Notes: generated by a model not told the origin, from the sequence alone. 64,000 bases of DNA from an uncultured cyanobacterium (GCA_963744145.1 CAVUSO010000001.1:5824001-5888000); one strand, 5' to 3'; shown: positions 1 to 10,685, counted from the first letter of the stretch. Translations and numbers: made by a program.

Positions 1-1336
1 AAAGAGTAATCGCTCCTTTCCTATCTCCAGTTGCTTTCAACAAACGTCCCATTTGCCATTGATATTGATAAGCAATATCTGGTGCTTCTATAATCTGAGC
101 TAGATTAAGAGCTTGTTGAGTTAATTTTTTGGCTTCTTCCCATTGCTGAGTTTTTTCATAAAGATAACCAAAATTTCCTAAAGCATAAGCTTCTGAGCGC
201 TGATCTCCTAACCTCTGAGCTGCTTGGACTGATGTAGCTAATTGTTGACCAATTTCTTGGTAATGATTAATCGAATTAGTGCTATTTTCTGCTTTCAACC
301 AATTCTGAGCAAAATTGATGCGAGCATAAATACTAGAGCGTGATTCGGGCACTTTCTCTAACTGAGCTTGAATGATGGGGATGAGTTTTTCAGCTTCTAA
401 AAATTGTTTATTATCGCTCAATAAGCTAAATTCATTTAGTAATGCTTGTAATTGCCCCAAAGGAGAAATAAATATATTTGCTGCTTCCTGATATAGTTTT
501 AAAGCCTGGTCTGGTTTTTGCTGACTCCGAAGAGTGTTCCCTAAACTGAGTAAAGCATCAGCAATAGCTTGAGCTGATTTTAATTCTTTGGCTATTTGTA
601 AACTTTGCTGTAAAAAAATCTCTGACTCGTCTAAATTACCAACTACTCGCAATCCATCACCTAAACTTCTTAAAGTAACTGCTTTTAATAAAGAACTTGG
701 TTGATGATGTAGGGTTTGTTCAACTTCTTTAAGAGTAGTTAAAGCTCGACGATAAAGTCCCAAGGTTTGTAATGCTTGAGCTTGGTTTAAAATACCCCGA
801 GCAACATTGAGAGTTTCTCCATTTTTTTTGTAGATTTCTGTCGCTTCTTGCCAACTTGTCAGAGCTAGTTCTGTTTGTCCTGTAGCTAACTCTAATCGAC
901 CCTGAATATCTAAAGCTTGGGCTAAATATCTCCAGCGATCGCTACCCATACTTTTATCATTTCGTAACAAATTTAAACTGGTAGCGATCGCAGTTTTTGC
1001 TTGCTCCCATTCTCCTAATTGCTGATTAACTAAGGAAAAATTACTTAAAGCTATTGCTTGATTTAGTCGATCACCTTGCTGTTCAAAAACTGTTACTGCT
1101 TGTTGCAAAACTTTTGCTGCTTCCAGAAAATTTCCGCTTTCGTATAGAGCTTTTCCACGCTCAATTAATTCTCCTCCGGAAACTTTAACTTCCTGGACAT
1201 GATCTAATTCTAATTGATTAGATATTCCCACCGCGATCGCATTATAAGTCCAGGTAATTGTAGCGATCGTCAATAATCCTAAACTGGTGCCTAACCAGGA
1301 TCTTTTCTTAATTAAGCCGCGGAGTTTTTTCATCAT
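1..1336 (-). CDS. TPR-repeat protein, probably the N-terminal part of a CHAT-domain protein; runs off the left edge
   Basis: Manual translation from ATG 1336: MMKKLRGLIKKRSWLGTSLGLLTIATITW...GKALYESGNFLEAAKVLQQAVTVFEQQGDRLNQAIALSNFSLVNQQLGEWEQA, a signal/TM segment followed by TPR-like helices. The CHAT domain itself is not in the window. Confidence 0.75.
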   Translation of the reverse strand, partial: MMKKLRGLIKKRSWLGTSLGLLTIATITWTYNAIAVGISNQLELDHVQEVKVSGGELIERGKALYESGNFLEAAKVLQQAVTVFEQQGDRLNQAIALSNFSLVNQQLGEWEQAKTAIATSLNLLRNDKSMGSDRWRYLAQALDIQGRLELATGQTELALTSWQEATEIYKKNGETLNVARGILNQAQALQTLGLYRRALTTLKEVEQTLHHQPSSLLKAVTLRSLGDGLRVVGNLDESEIFLQQSLQIAKELKSAQAIADALLSLGNTLRSQQKPDQALKLYQEAANIFISPLGQLQALLNEFSLLSDNKQFLEAEKLIPIIQAQLEKVPESRSSIYARINFAQNWLKAENSTNSINHYQEIGQQLATSVQAAQRLGDQRSEAYALGNFGYLYEKTQQWEEAKKLTQQALNLAQIIEAPDIAYQYQWQMGRLLKATGDRKGAITL

Positions 1337-1351
1337 GATAATTTTATTAAT

Positions 1352-1834
1352 TTAATCAAGTTTATATTTTATAGAAATTTTGATTGCTGTCTCTTCTCCT
1401 GCTACTAAGACCACTGCGTCCCCAAATGCTGGAGCGCTAGTCTTTACTGGGGGATTTTGAGAAAACCCAAACCCTTGGAGTGGTCTTCCGAAATCATCTT
1501 TATGGAATATTCCATCTCCCTTTTCATCATGGTAAACTGCAACTGCATAGCTACCAGAACTTATTCCATCTAGGGGAATTATCAACGGATTTTCTGGTGA
1601 ATTGTCTTCGGGAATTTTAACGCATTTTTTTAAAATACTCCCATTATTGGGAAATCCTTGGCTACTATTAAACAGTCGAAGACAAACCTGACCATTTGTG
1701 TTTCTCAGTCCATCGATCTCAATAGTTAGTCTTCCGGTGAGTTGTGCATAAGCATTGAGAGATATAGTCAATATGCTCAAAACTGGCAGAACCAAGGCAG
1801 GAATTTTAAAATTTTTGAACATGGAAGTAATCAA
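1352..1834 (-). CDS. DUF2141 family exported protein
   Basis: Signal peptide, then GQVCLRLF, GSYAVAVYHDE and GFGFSQNP motifs. Confidence 0.85.
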   Translation of the reverse strand: MITSMFKNFKIPALVLPVLSILTISLNAYAQLTGRLTIEIDGLRNTNGQVCLRLFNSSQGFPNNGSILKKCVKIPEDNSPENPLIIPLDGISSGSYAVAVYHDEKGDGIFHKDDFGRPLQGFGFSQNPPVKTSAPAFGDAVVLVAGEETAIKISIKYKLD

Positions 1835-1899
1835 AATATTTCTAGTTTAATGATACTTGATGGGGACTAATGGGAAAATATCCCCATCTCGGCTTTTGA

Positions 1900-3033
1900 C
1901 TAAAAGTCAACTCCACGCTTAAGTTCTACCCCTTGATTAGCATAGTGCTTGTGACAAAAAACTTCTGAGTGAACACAAGCTAAGTCAAAATAAGCAGGAA
2001 TATTGTGACATCGACCAGTAATAATCACTTCTGTATCGCGGGGTTTACGCAACAAAGCTTCCACAATTGGCTCAACCGGGAGGAGTTCTAAGTCAACGGT
2101 AGGATTAAGTTCATCCAGGATAATGGTTTTATATAAACCAGAAGCGATCGCAGCTCTCGCAATTTCCCACCCCCGTTCTGCTTCCACATAGTCTAATTCT
2201 TGTTGTTGTCCACGTCACACAATTGCATCTCGACCACAACGTTGATGATCGACTAAATGGGGATAACTCTGACGTAAAGCAGCGATCGCTGCATCTTCAG
2301 TATAGCCGCTTCCCCCTTTGAGCCATTGGATAATTAATACCCGATGGGATTTATCTTGACTAATTCCCCGACCAATTGCTTGTAAAGCTTTCCCCAAAGC
2401 ACTAGTAGATTTACCTTTACCAGCACCTGTATAAATTTCAATCCCAGTAATTCCTTTTTCCCTTGCGGTAGGATGATCATGGGGTTTCATTTCTGAGTGT
2501 AAGTCGGCTATATCTAGTAGTGCTTGAGGTGCAGCTCTCCCTGTGGCAATTATTTCTACTTCTTCTGGTTTATGCTTGAGAGTATGGATCACTTCATCTA
2601 GGGTAAGTAATCCTAAATCCAGCACGGGATTGAGCTCATCTAATACGACTACTGAATATAGCCCAGATGCGATCGCTCCTTTGGCTACATCCCAACCTCT
2701 TTGTGCTTCTAATCGGTCAAACCGAGTTATCTCTTCTTGACCGAAGTATTCCGCTCTCCCGGTCCGAACTTGATCAATTAAGTGGGGAAAAGCCTGTTGT
2801 AAAGCAGCGATCGCCCCATCTTCATCATAAGCACGTCCCGGACCTTTGAGAAAGCGTAATAATAGGACACGACTTTGCTGAGGTGTATTAATTCCCAACC
2901 CAATTGAGCGTAATACTACTCCCAAAGCGGCTTGAGATTTACCTTTACTTGCTCCATCATAAACATGAATTTGGCCCGCTATCCGTTCTTGACGCACTTG
3001 AGCTGTGCGAATACCAATCCCAGTTCTGTTCAT
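1900..3033 (-). CDS. cobO: cob(I)yrinic acid a,c-diamide adenosyltransferase (tandem-domain cyanobacterial form), interrupted by an in-frame TGA at 2215-2217
   Basis: Two CobA/CobO/BtuR repeats (YDGASKGKS, YTGAGKGKSTSALG, LDELN). ORFs 2215-3201 and 1900-2187 are in the same frame: ...DAIV-TGA-RGQQQELDYVEAERGW. Start placed at MNRTGIGIRT (3033). Confidence 0.9.
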
Positions 3034-3120
3034 CGCTATTTTTATATATAGGATGGAAAGATAGATATCATCTATTCCCATATCTGTTACTATAGCCGAC
3101 TCGGAAACCGGAAGTGCAAA

Positions 3121-3732
3121 ATGCCCCCACTGCTGCTCTCCCTGACCCATGACCCCTTCCAATTTTCCTTGATTTTTCCGCTCAAGGCAATTATCTTTCA
3201 ATTGCTCTTATTATTAATTGAAATTGCGATTGAATCACATATTTTTACCGTTCAATTCTCCAAACAACTGGCTTTCCCTCCTAAAAAAAGTGTTGAATAC
3301 GCTATTTCTCTGACTTTGTTAGCTACTGTGGTGGGCTGGCTCGGTTTCTATTGCAGTTTTTCTCTTCTCAAATTACCCAAAATTAAATTTGCTTTGATTA
3401 ATTTTATTCTGTTTAATAAATATTCACTCGATACCTTAGTGGGATTATTTTTTATTGCAGTTTTGACATTTTTTCTAACGTTACTGGTCAAATTCATTGG
3501 GTTTAGTGGATTGCAAGCTTTCTTAGCAGATCATAAAGTCTACCAACCCGATCCCTCATCTAAGTCTAACTTATCTAGTTATCCTCATCGACGTTGGTTT
3601 GCTTTTGGTAACCAGATGGGGAAATCATTTTTGGCGATCGCTACTCCCTATTCTACCATCTTACTTGCTCATGCTTTTAGTTATACCGCCATTTTAGTTC
3701 TGGTATTTATTTTTAATAGATACAACGTTTAA
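3121..3732 (+). CDS. fraC: filament integrity / septal junction protein FraC
   Basis: PLKAIIFQLLLLLIEIAIE...SVEYAISLTLLATVVGW...ILLAHAFSY resembles FraC; multiple TM segments; fraD and fraE lie downstream. Confidence 0.75.
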   Translation: MPPLLLSLTHDPFQFSLIFPLKAIIFQLLLLLIEIAIESHIFTVQFSKQLAFPPKKSVEYAISLTLLATVVGWLGFYCSFSLLKLPKIKFALINFILFNKYSLDTLVGLFFIAVLTFFLTLLVKFIGFSGLQAFLADHKVYQPDPSSKSNLSSYPHRRWFAFGNQMGKSFLAIATPYSTILLAHAFSYTAILVLVFIFNRYNV

Positions 3733-3857
3733 TTTTTCTGGCTACAACCAAGACCAATCACCAGAACGGGTTTCCGATCACCATTTTTCCTTGTCGAAAG
3801 TAATTATAGAAAATGTTTCAAGCCCTTGATATTTTATATACTACCAACAAAGAAAAT

Positions 3858-3911
3858 ATAGAAAATTCTATCTTGTGAGCATAGAAAATTCTATCTTGTG
3901 AGCATAGAAAA
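3858..3911. repeat. 23-bp tandem repeat (two full units plus a partial third) containing the palindrome ATAGAA-AA-TTCTAT
   Basis: atagaaaattctatcttgtgagc at 3858-3880 and 3881-3903, then atagaaaa. Confidence 0.9.
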
Positions 3912-3992
3912 ATTATACGATACGGGCTGAAAATATTGATATTGCGTTGTTTTAGCGTTTATACGGTTTATACAATATTTTTACACAACCTA

Positions 3993-4021
3993 TTGACAAG
4001 CATCAAATGAGCGTATAAAAT
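3993..4021 (+). promoter_or_regulatory. sigma70-type promoter of ORF 4050
   Basis: TTGACA (3993-3998), 17 bp spacer, TAAAAT (4016-4021); AGGAG RBS at 4036-4040. Confidence 0.7.
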
Positions 4022-4049
4022 CCCGCAAATTTATCAGGAGATTTATCCA

Positions 4050-4592
4050 ATGACCATTGCAGACATTCAGAAGCAATACCAAATTAAACGACCCAGAGCC
4101 TACAAATGGCGTCGGGCTTTGGTAAATGCAGGTTTAGAAGTGAACCAGGAAAACCTGGACAAGATCAAGAGTGGGAAAATTAATCTGACTAAAGCACTTA
4201 ATGGCACCCTAGAAATTGAGGATGAGATTGAGGATGAGATTGAGAATGAGATTGAGGATGAGCTGAATCAAGAGAATGGTAAAAACCATCTCGCCATTAC
4301 TACCACCCCATCTACTAATATCACCCATAGTCAAGCAGAAAAAGAAGTTATAAATACTGGAGAATTTATTCCAGATCCTGAAGAAATCGATCTAGCAGAA
4401 ATGAAAAACATTTCCAAGCGAGCTAAATCTGCGGCTCTTGTAAAAGCTCAACTTACCGATTTTTATGAAAGTCAAATAGAGATGGAAAAATTGCGCCAAG
4501 AAACAGCAAGGCTAAACGCTCAGATTGAGCAATTGAAAAACCTGACTCCACAAAAGTTCGCAGAGTTGTTATCTCAATGGGGGATTAAGTAA
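4050..4592 (+). CDS. hypothetical protein: putative N-terminal HTH, acidic EIED repeats, C-terminal coiled coil
   Basis: Good RBS and promoter; MTIADIQKQYQIKRPRAYKWRR; 12-nt repeats encoding EIEDEIEDEIENEIED. Confidence 0.7.
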   Translation: MTIADIQKQYQIKRPRAYKWRRALVNAGLEVNQENLDKIKSGKINLTKALNGTLEIEDEIEDEIENEIEDELNQENGKNHLAITTTPSTNITHSQAEKEVINTGEFIPDPEEIDLAEMKNISKRAKSAALVKAQLTDFYESQIEMEKLRQETARLNAQIEQLKNLTPQKFAELLSQWGIK

Positions 4593-4841
4593 ATTAGTGG
4601 CATGATCTCGCGATCGCATTAACAGCTTTTCTACTGATTACTTGGGGAAACAATTACTTATTGGCACAGACCATTAAAAAAAGTTTACCCCAGCAGAAAT
4701 TGGCGTATTGAAGATGCTAAGGTTAAAGGTACTAAAGCTGTTGACCTCGCGCTTAACAAAAATTAAATTTATTGTTTTGCCGCCATAATCCAGAAATGAA
4801 GGATAATCTAAAAGAATAGGTACATTGGATTAATATCAATT

Positions 4842-5282
4842 ATGCAGATTCCAGAAATTACTAACAAGTTACTCGCTGCCAAGAAACGAAAAGGACTAAG
4901 TTTTGTTGATTTAGAAAAAATCCTTAATCGTGATGAAGTGTGGATTGCCGCTTTATTTTATGGTCAAGCCAGCGCTTCTGAAGAAGAAGCACAAAAATTA
5001 GGAGCAGCATTGGAATTAGAATCAGAAATCGTTTCTCAATTGAGTGATTATCCTATTAAAGGATTAGGGCCAATTGTTCCTACAGATCCTTTAATTTATC
5101 GCTTTTACGAAATTATCCAAGTTTATGGAATGGCATTAAAAGCCATTATACATGAGAAATTTGGAGATGGCATTATGAGTGCAATTGATTTTACTTTGGA
5201 CGTAGAAAAAGAAATTGACCCTAAAGGTGATCGGGTAAAAATAATTATGAATGGTAAGTTTCTAGCATATAAAAAATGGTAA
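4842..5282 (+). CDS. cynS: cyanase (cyanate hydratase)
   Basis: [11 protein letters not shown] and [13 protein letters not shown] signature motifs. Confidence 0.97.
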   Translation: MQIPEITNKLLAAKKRKGLSFVDLEKILNRDEVWIAALFYGQASASEEEAQKLGAALELESEIVSQLSDYPIKGLGPIVPTDPLIYRFYEIIQVYGMALKAIIHEKFGDGIMSAIDFTLDVEKEIDPKGDRVKIIMNGKFLAYKKW

Positions 5283-5460
5283 GACCAAACATGGTAATAT
5301 CCCAACTACAGGATGGGGCGCTGTTAATCTGATCAAAGCTGATTAAATTAATTTTGATCGCCTTCCCCAACCCCAAAACTAAACCTTAATGCGATCGCGG
5401 TGGTACTTTGGCAATTCATTGCAATGATTTCACAAAAACGGTTACAGGCATTTTTATTTG

Positions 5461-5545
5461 TCGGGGCGCAAGAGTTCTTGCGTCTCTTCCAGACATGATA
5501 TAATTGAAAAACTCAGTAGGGGCGCAAAAGCTCTTGCGCCCTTAT
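5461..5545. repeat. pair of REP-like palindromes (GTAGGGGCGCA...TGCGCCC type)
   Basis: ggggcgcaagagttcttgcgtctc and gtaggggcgcaaaagctcttgcgccct. Confidence 0.7.
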
Positions 5546-5585
5546 AAATTTCTCCTTAATCAACAAATGGGATTCTCCCGTTTAA

Positions 5586-6215
5586 TTGGGAGAATTTTTG
5601 GGTACTATGGACGTAAATTTTAACTTTTTCTCCTGGCTATGGGCTAAACTAAAACCTACCAAAATTATCTCTTGGCAGACTTTATTTTTGGTAAGTATAG
5701 GTTTATATTTTTGTGCATTTTTTTCCTATATGTTAGCCAAAAATTACCACAATCCGACAATTGATTTTAATAATTATCGACAAATATTTTCTTTTTGCAG
5801 TTGGATATTTTTTCTAATCGCAATTATTGGCTTGTTTACCCAAAATCCGTTGATGATCAAAGGATTTTCCCTGAATCCTTGGGTGATGGGTATTTTATTA
5901 TCTGTATTTTTATTTGCACTATTAAAAGATGTGGTTAAACTTAATACTATTAATGCTGGATCAATATCCTTGATTATTTGTCCACCTATCTGTGGCTTAA
6001 TTGCTACATTGCATTTGCTGCGTGAAAATGGTAAATTTAAGTTGCCTGATGCGACAGTGCGACAAAAAATTATAATTTTACTACTCAGTCATCTGATGAT
6101 TAGTTGTTGGTTAGAATTTTATACATTAATTCAAACTTGGCCAAAATACCAACTAAATCGACCAACTGAGGAATTCCGCAAAAGTGCTTTTGTAATTAAA
6201 ATTCAAGTCAAATAA
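5586..6215 (+). CDS. fraD: septal junction protein FraD (DUF5357-like), short form
   Basis: ISWQTL and RQKIIILLLSHLMISCWLEFY...FRKSAFV match the FraD TM region; lies directly upstream of fraE. Confidence 0.75.
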   Translation: MGEFLGTMDVNFNFFSWLWAKLKPTKIISWQTLFLVSIGLYFCAFFSYMLAKNYHNPTIDFNNYRQIFSFCSWIFFLIAIIGLFTQNPLMIKGFSLNPWVMGILLSVFLFALLKDVVKLNTINAGSISLIICPPICGLIATLHLLRENGKFKLPDATVRQKIIILLLSHLMISCWLEFYTLIQTWPKYQLNRPTEEFRKSAFVIKIQVK

Positions 6216-6218
6216 GGT

Positions 6219-7043
6219 ATGGGTATGTTAAAATTCAATGCTCAGAATACTTCTCATTCAATTTTCGCTATTTTAGGGCGCATTACTACTATTGCCAAAA
6301 ATGTCTTTCGGGAAGTAATTCGCGATCGCATTCTCTATATCATCGGATTATTCGCGGTGACTATGATTTTAGCAATTCCTTGGCTCCGAGAAGTTTCAAT
6401 TATTACTACCAACAAAAAAATCATGGTAGATTTAGGATTAGGATTGATGACAATTTTAGGTGTAATAGTTGCGATTTTTGTTGGGACAGGATTGGTCAAT
6501 AAAGAAATTGAAAAACGGACGGTATTAGTATTAATCGCCAAACCAGTCAGTTATGCTGAGTTTATCATCGGTAAACATCTAGGGTTATCCGCAGTTTTAG
6601 CGGTCTTAGTTGGTGCAATGACTACTATTTATCTAGTTATTCTCAGTTTAAATCAAGTTCAATATCCCTTAGTTAGTATCCTACTGACAACTCTCTATTT
6701 ATTTTTTGAACTATCCTTACTAACTGCTGTAGCTCTATTGTTTGGGATTTTTACCAGTTCAGTCTTAGCGATCGTCCTGTCTTTAGGAATTTATATCATG
6801 GGACATCTGAGTGGAGATGTGATCCAATTAGCTGAAAAAGCGGACAATGTGGTGATTGAACGTCTAACCACAGCTCTTTATCTGATTTTACCTGACTTAT
6901 CACGACTGGATTTGAAAAATCAAGCAGTTTATGGAGTATTACCTCATCCAAGCGATTTGGGTGCTAATGCAGTTTATGCTTTAATCTATATTGTCCTCAT
7001 CTTAGCGATCGCTACATTCATCTTTTCTAAAAAACAGTTTTAA
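6219..7043 (+). CDS. fraE: ABC-2 type permease, FraE
   Basis: IAKNVFREVIRDRILY, VGTGLVNKEIEKRT, LPDLSRLDLKNQAVYG; synteny with fraD. Confidence 0.8.
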   Translation: MGMLKFNAQNTSHSIFAILGRITTIAKNVFREVIRDRILYIIGLFAVTMILAIPWLREVSIITTNKKIMVDLGLGLMTILGVIVAIFVGTGLVNKEIEKRTVLVLIAKPVSYAEFIIGKHLGLSAVLAVLVGAMTTIYLVILSLNQVQYPLVSILLTTLYLFFELSLLTAVALLFGIFTSSVLAIVLSLGIYIMGHLSGDVIQLAEKADNVVIERLTTALYLILPDLSRLDLKNQAVYGVLPHPSDLGANAVYALIYIVLILAIATFIFSKKQF

Positions 7044-7080
7044 GATATAATCATTAGTCCGGCAATTTTGAGGAAAAGCA

Positions 7081-7896
7081 ATGAACAACATAAATCAGCA
7101 ACTAGAGCAACTCAAACAGCTATTTCTGCAAATGGAGCGAGCATTGATTGCTTACTCTGGTGGGATTGATAGCACATTAGTCGCAAAAATTGCCTACGAT
7201 GTTCTGGGTGATCGCGCTCTCGCGATTACTGCTGTATCTCCTTCCTTACTACCCGAAGATTTAGAAGATGCTAGGATTCAAGCAGCAGCAATTGGGATTA
7301 CCCATGAAGAAGTAGAAACTCAAGAAATGGCTAATCCCAATTATACATCTAATCCAGTCAATCGCTGTTATTTTTGTAAAAGTGAACTCCACAACACTCT
7401 CAAACCCTTAGCGATCGCGCGGGGATATTCTTATGTAGTCGATGGTGTGAATCTGGATGATTTACAGGACTATCGACCAGGAATTCAAGCAGCTAAAGAA
7501 CGTGGAGCTAGATCTCCTTTAGCTGAAGTTGGTCTGACCAAAATGGATGTCCGTCAACTTGCGAAATATCTTGATTTACCCTGGTGGGATAAACCAGCTC
7601 AACCTTGTCTGAGTTCTCGTTTTCCCTATGGTGAAGAAATTACGATCGCTAAACTTCAACGAGTAGGAAGAGCTGAACGTTATTTACGTCAATTGGGTTT
7701 AACTAATTTGCGGGTGCGATCAGCAGGAGAAACAGCAAGAATTGAATTACCGACCGAACAAATTAAAGAATTTGTCTTAACTACAGATTTATCTGTTTTG
7801 GTATCAACTTTTCAAGAATTTGGTTTTATTTATGTAACCTTAGACTTAGAAGGATATCGCAGTGGTAAATTAAATCAAGTTTTACAACTAACCTAG
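7081..7896 (+). CDS. larE: LarE-family ATP-dependent sacrificial sulfur transferase (PP-loop)
   Basis: AYSGGIDS PP-loop, RCYFCK, PCLSSR. Confidence 0.9.
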   Translation: MNNINQQLEQLKQLFLQMERALIAYSGGIDSTLVAKIAYDVLGDRALAITAVSPSLLPEDLEDARIQAAAIGITHEEVETQEMANPNYTSNPVNRCYFCKSELHNTLKPLAIARGYSYVVDGVNLDDLQDYRPGIQAAKERGARSPLAEVGLTKMDVRQLAKYLDLPWWDKPAQPCLSSRFPYGEEITIAKLQRVGRAERYLRQLGLTNLRVRSAGETARIELPTEQIKEFVLTTDLSVLVSTFQEFGFIYVTLDLEGYRSGKLNQVLQLT

Positions 7897-7906
7897 GAGA
7901 TTAATT

Positions 7907-8743
7907 TTGACAGAGGAATCTAGCGATTTTGAGGAAGTCTATATGTTTTGGTATAATGGAGAACTCAGGGAAGGTAATACCATTGAACTAGCACTTGATG
8001 ATCCTGGATTTGTTTATGGTGCAACAGTATTCACGACCATGCGGATTTATGAGCGATCGCTTGATCACGTTCTCACTAATTGGAATAGTCACTGCGATCG
8101 CCTCAAAAATGCTTTAAATACCTTTAATTGGTCACAACCCAATTGGGAAAGATTGCGTCAAGGAGCAGAAATTTTAAACTTTTCTTGGGAAGTCTTAAGA
8201 ATGGTGATCTTTCCTGACGGTAAAGAACTAATTACGGGCAGAATTATCCCAGATGATCTGCATGAACGTCAAAAATTAGGAATTATCGCTTGGTTAGCAG
8301 ATGATCCCTTATTCGTGCGATCGCTACCTACCTATAAAACTGGTAACTATTTAGCTGCTTGGATTGCTGGGCAAACTGCTCTGGTTAAAGGTGCAAAAGA
8401 AGCTATATTAGTTGATAGCAACCATAATTGGTTAGAAAGCAGTACGGGTAATATTTGGGGATGGTATGACCAACATTGGTGGACACCCCCTTTAACCGCA
8501 GGAATATTATCAGGAGTAACGCGATCGCAATTAATTAATTTTTGCCATCAAAATAATCGGGTAATTAAAGAAACAGAATGGACTCCGGAATTAGTGACAG
8601 AGTTTGAAGCGATCGCCTATAGTAACTGTGTGGTAGAAGTCATCCCGATCCATACGATCCTCACCCCGAGCCAAACTCTCACATACGATCCAGCCCATCC
8701 CCGATTGGACGAATTACGTGAACTGTTCCACCAGGAATTCTGA
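7907..8743 (+). CDS. class IV aminotransferase / 4-amino-4-deoxychorismate lyase-like protein (start possibly 7943)
   Basis: YGATVFTTMR, KTGNY, LESSTGN, GILSGVTR. Confidence 0.85.
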   Translation: MTEESSDFEEVYMFWYNGELREGNTIELALDDPGFVYGATVFTTMRIYERSLDHVLTNWNSHCDRLKNALNTFNWSQPNWERLRQGAEILNFSWEVLRMVIFPDGKELITGRIIPDDLHERQKLGIIAWLADDPLFVRSLPTYKTGNYLAAWIAGQTALVKGAKEAILVDSNHNWLESSTGNIWGWYDQHWWTPPLTAGILSGVTRSQLINFCHQNNRVIKETEWTPELVTEFEAIAYSNCVVEVIPIHTILTPSQTLTYDPAHPRLDELRELFHQEF

Positions 8744-8825
8744 AAATGATTTAACATAAGTTAACATAGAGAAATTAGTTAAAATCTACAGAAAAACCCC
8801 TTACACCCCGGAGGAAAAAATCAAG

Positions 8826-10667
8826 GTGAATAAAAGGTGGAGAAATGTAGGGCTATACGCCCTATTAGCGATCGTGGTCATTGCTTTAGCAGCCACATTT
8901 TTTGAAAAACCCAGCCCCAGAAGCGATTTGTGGCGATATAGTCGGTTTATTCAAGCGGTCGAAAACAAGCAAATCGAAGGAACAATCAACATCAACGCAG
9001 ATCGGACTCAAGCTCGATTCAGCGCTCCTGATGGAACAAAGGTATTAGTCAACCTTCCTCCTGACCCAGATTTAATTAGTGTCCTCACCAGTAACGGTGT
9101 AGATGTCAGAGTTTTACCTCCAAACGATGACGGATTATGGTTCCGGGCATTAACCAGCTTATTTTTTCCAGTATTGCTGTTAGTAGGCTTATTTTTCTTG
9201 TTGCGTCGCGCTCAAAATGGTCCAGGGAGCCAAGCAATGAACTTTGGTAAATCCAAAGCGAGAGTGCAAATGGAACCCCAAACCCAAGTTACCTTTGGCG
9301 ATGTGGCTGGGATTGATCAAGCCAAACTAGAACTAAATGAAGTGGTAGACTTCCTCAAAAATGCCGATCGCTTTACCGCAGTGGGGGCAAAAATTCCTAA
9401 AGGTGTATTGTTAGTAGGACCACCAGGAACAGGTAAAACCCTATTAGCGAAAGCTGTAGCTGGAGAAGCTGGTGTACCATTCTTTTCTATTTCTGGTTCG
9501 GAATTTGTAGAAATGTTCGTGGGGGTAGGTGCTTCCCGCGTGCGTGACTTGTTTGAGCAAGCAAAAAGTAATGCTCCCTGTATTGTTTTTATTGATGAAA
9601 TTGACGCGGTTGGACGTCAGCGGGGTGCTGGGTTAGGTGGTGGTAATGATGAACGGGAACAAACCCTGAACCAGTTACTGACGGAAATGGATGGCTTTGA
9701 AGGTAATACAGGTATCATCATTATTGCAGCCACCAACCGTCCTGATGTGCTAGATTCAGCGTTACTACGTCCCGGTCGTTTCGATCGCCAAGTAGTAGTC
9801 GATCGTCCTGATTATGCAGGTCGTTTGGAAATTCTGAAAGTCCATGCTCGGGGTAAAACTTTAGCAAAAGACGTGGATTTAGAGAAAATTGCCCGTCGGA
9901 CTCCTGGTTTTACTGGTGCAGATTTATCGAATTTGCTCAATGAAGCAGCAATTTTAGCTGCTCGTCGCAATTTGACTGAAATTGCCATGGATGAAGTGAA
10001 TGATGCGATCGATCGAGTCTTAGCTGGTCCAGAAAAGAAAGACCGTGTAATGAGTGAAAAGCGGAAAACCTTAGTTGCTTATCACGAAGCTGGTCACGCT
10101 TTGGTGGGAGCATTAATGCCCGATTATGATCCGGTACAGAAAATTAGCATTATCCCGCGCGGTCGTGCTGGGGGATTAACTTGGTTTATGCCCAGTGAAG
10201 AGCGGATGGATTCTGGTTTATATAGCCGTTCCTATCTGCAAAATCAAATGGCTGTAACTTTAGGTGGTCGGATTGCTGAAGAAATTGTCTTTGGAGAAGA
10301 TGAAGTTACCACTGGTGCATCAAACGATTTACAACAAGTAGCTCGTGTCGCAAGACAAATGGTGATGCGTTTTGGGATGAGCGAACGTCTCGGTCCGGTT
10401 GCTTTAGGTCGTCAACAAGGAAGTATGTTCCTCGGTCGGGATATTATGGCAGAACGGGATTTTTCGGAAGAAACCGCTGCCACTATTGATGACGAAGTAC
10501 ATAATTTAGTAGACCAAGCTTATCATCGCGCTAAAGATGTTTTGGTGAATAATCGTCACGTTCTAGATAAATTAGCAGCAATGTTGATTGAAAAAGAAAC
10601 TGTTGATGCTGATGAATTGCAAGAACTATTAGCTAATAATGATGTGAAAGTAGCGGCGATCGCCTAA
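8826..10667 (+). CDS. ftsH3: ATP-dependent zinc metalloprotease FtsH (FtsH3-type)
   Basis: GPPGTGKT Walker A, second region of homology, HEAGH zinc motif; MNKRWRN N-terminus typical of FtsH3. Confidence 0.95.
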   Translation: MNKRWRNVGLYALLAIVVIALAATFFEKPSPRSDLWRYSRFIQAVENKQIEGTININADRTQARFSAPDGTKVLVNLPPDPDLISVLTSNGVDVRVLPPNDDGLWFRALTSLFFPVLLLVGLFFLLRRAQNGPGSQAMNFGKSKARVQMEPQTQVTFGDVAGIDQAKLELNEVVDFLKNADRFTAVGAKIPKGVLLVGPPGTGKTLLAKAVAGEAGVPFFSISGSEFVEMFVGVGASRVRDLFEQAKSNAPCIVFIDEIDAVGRQRGAGLGGGNDEREQTLNQLLTEMDGFEGNTGIIIIAATNRPDVLDSALLRPGRFDRQVVVDRPDYAGRLEILKVHARGKTLAKDVDLEKIARRTPGFTGADLSNLLNEAAILAARRNLTEIAMDEVNDAIDRVLAGPEKKDRVMSEKRKTLVAYHEAGHALVGALMPDYDPVQKISIIPRGRAGGLTWFMPSEERMDSGLYSRSYLQNQMAVTLGGRIAEEIVFGEDEVTTGASNDLQQVARVARQMVMRFGMSERLGPVALGRQQGSMFLGRDIMAERDFSEETAATIDDEVHNLVDQAYHRAKDVLVNNRHVLDKLAAMLIEKETVDADELQELLANNDVKVAAIA

Positions 10668-10685
10668 TTTTTCCATCATCATTAC

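Noticed and set aside
2215..2217. Genetic-code reassignment or selenocysteine at the TGA
   Set aside because: TGA ends normal genes here (e.g. 8743, 21281, 42934), and the position aligns with Trp rather than Cys
3034..3201. N-terminal extension of cobO given in the ORF track
   Set aside because: It overlaps the divergent fraC; recognisable sequence starts at 3033
3858..3911. Possible CRISPR array
   Set aside because: The repeats are directly adjacent with no spacers, and there are no cas genes in the window
7081..7896. Nickel-pincer cofactor operon
   Set aside because: No larA/B/C in the window; a solitary larE-like gene is ordinary
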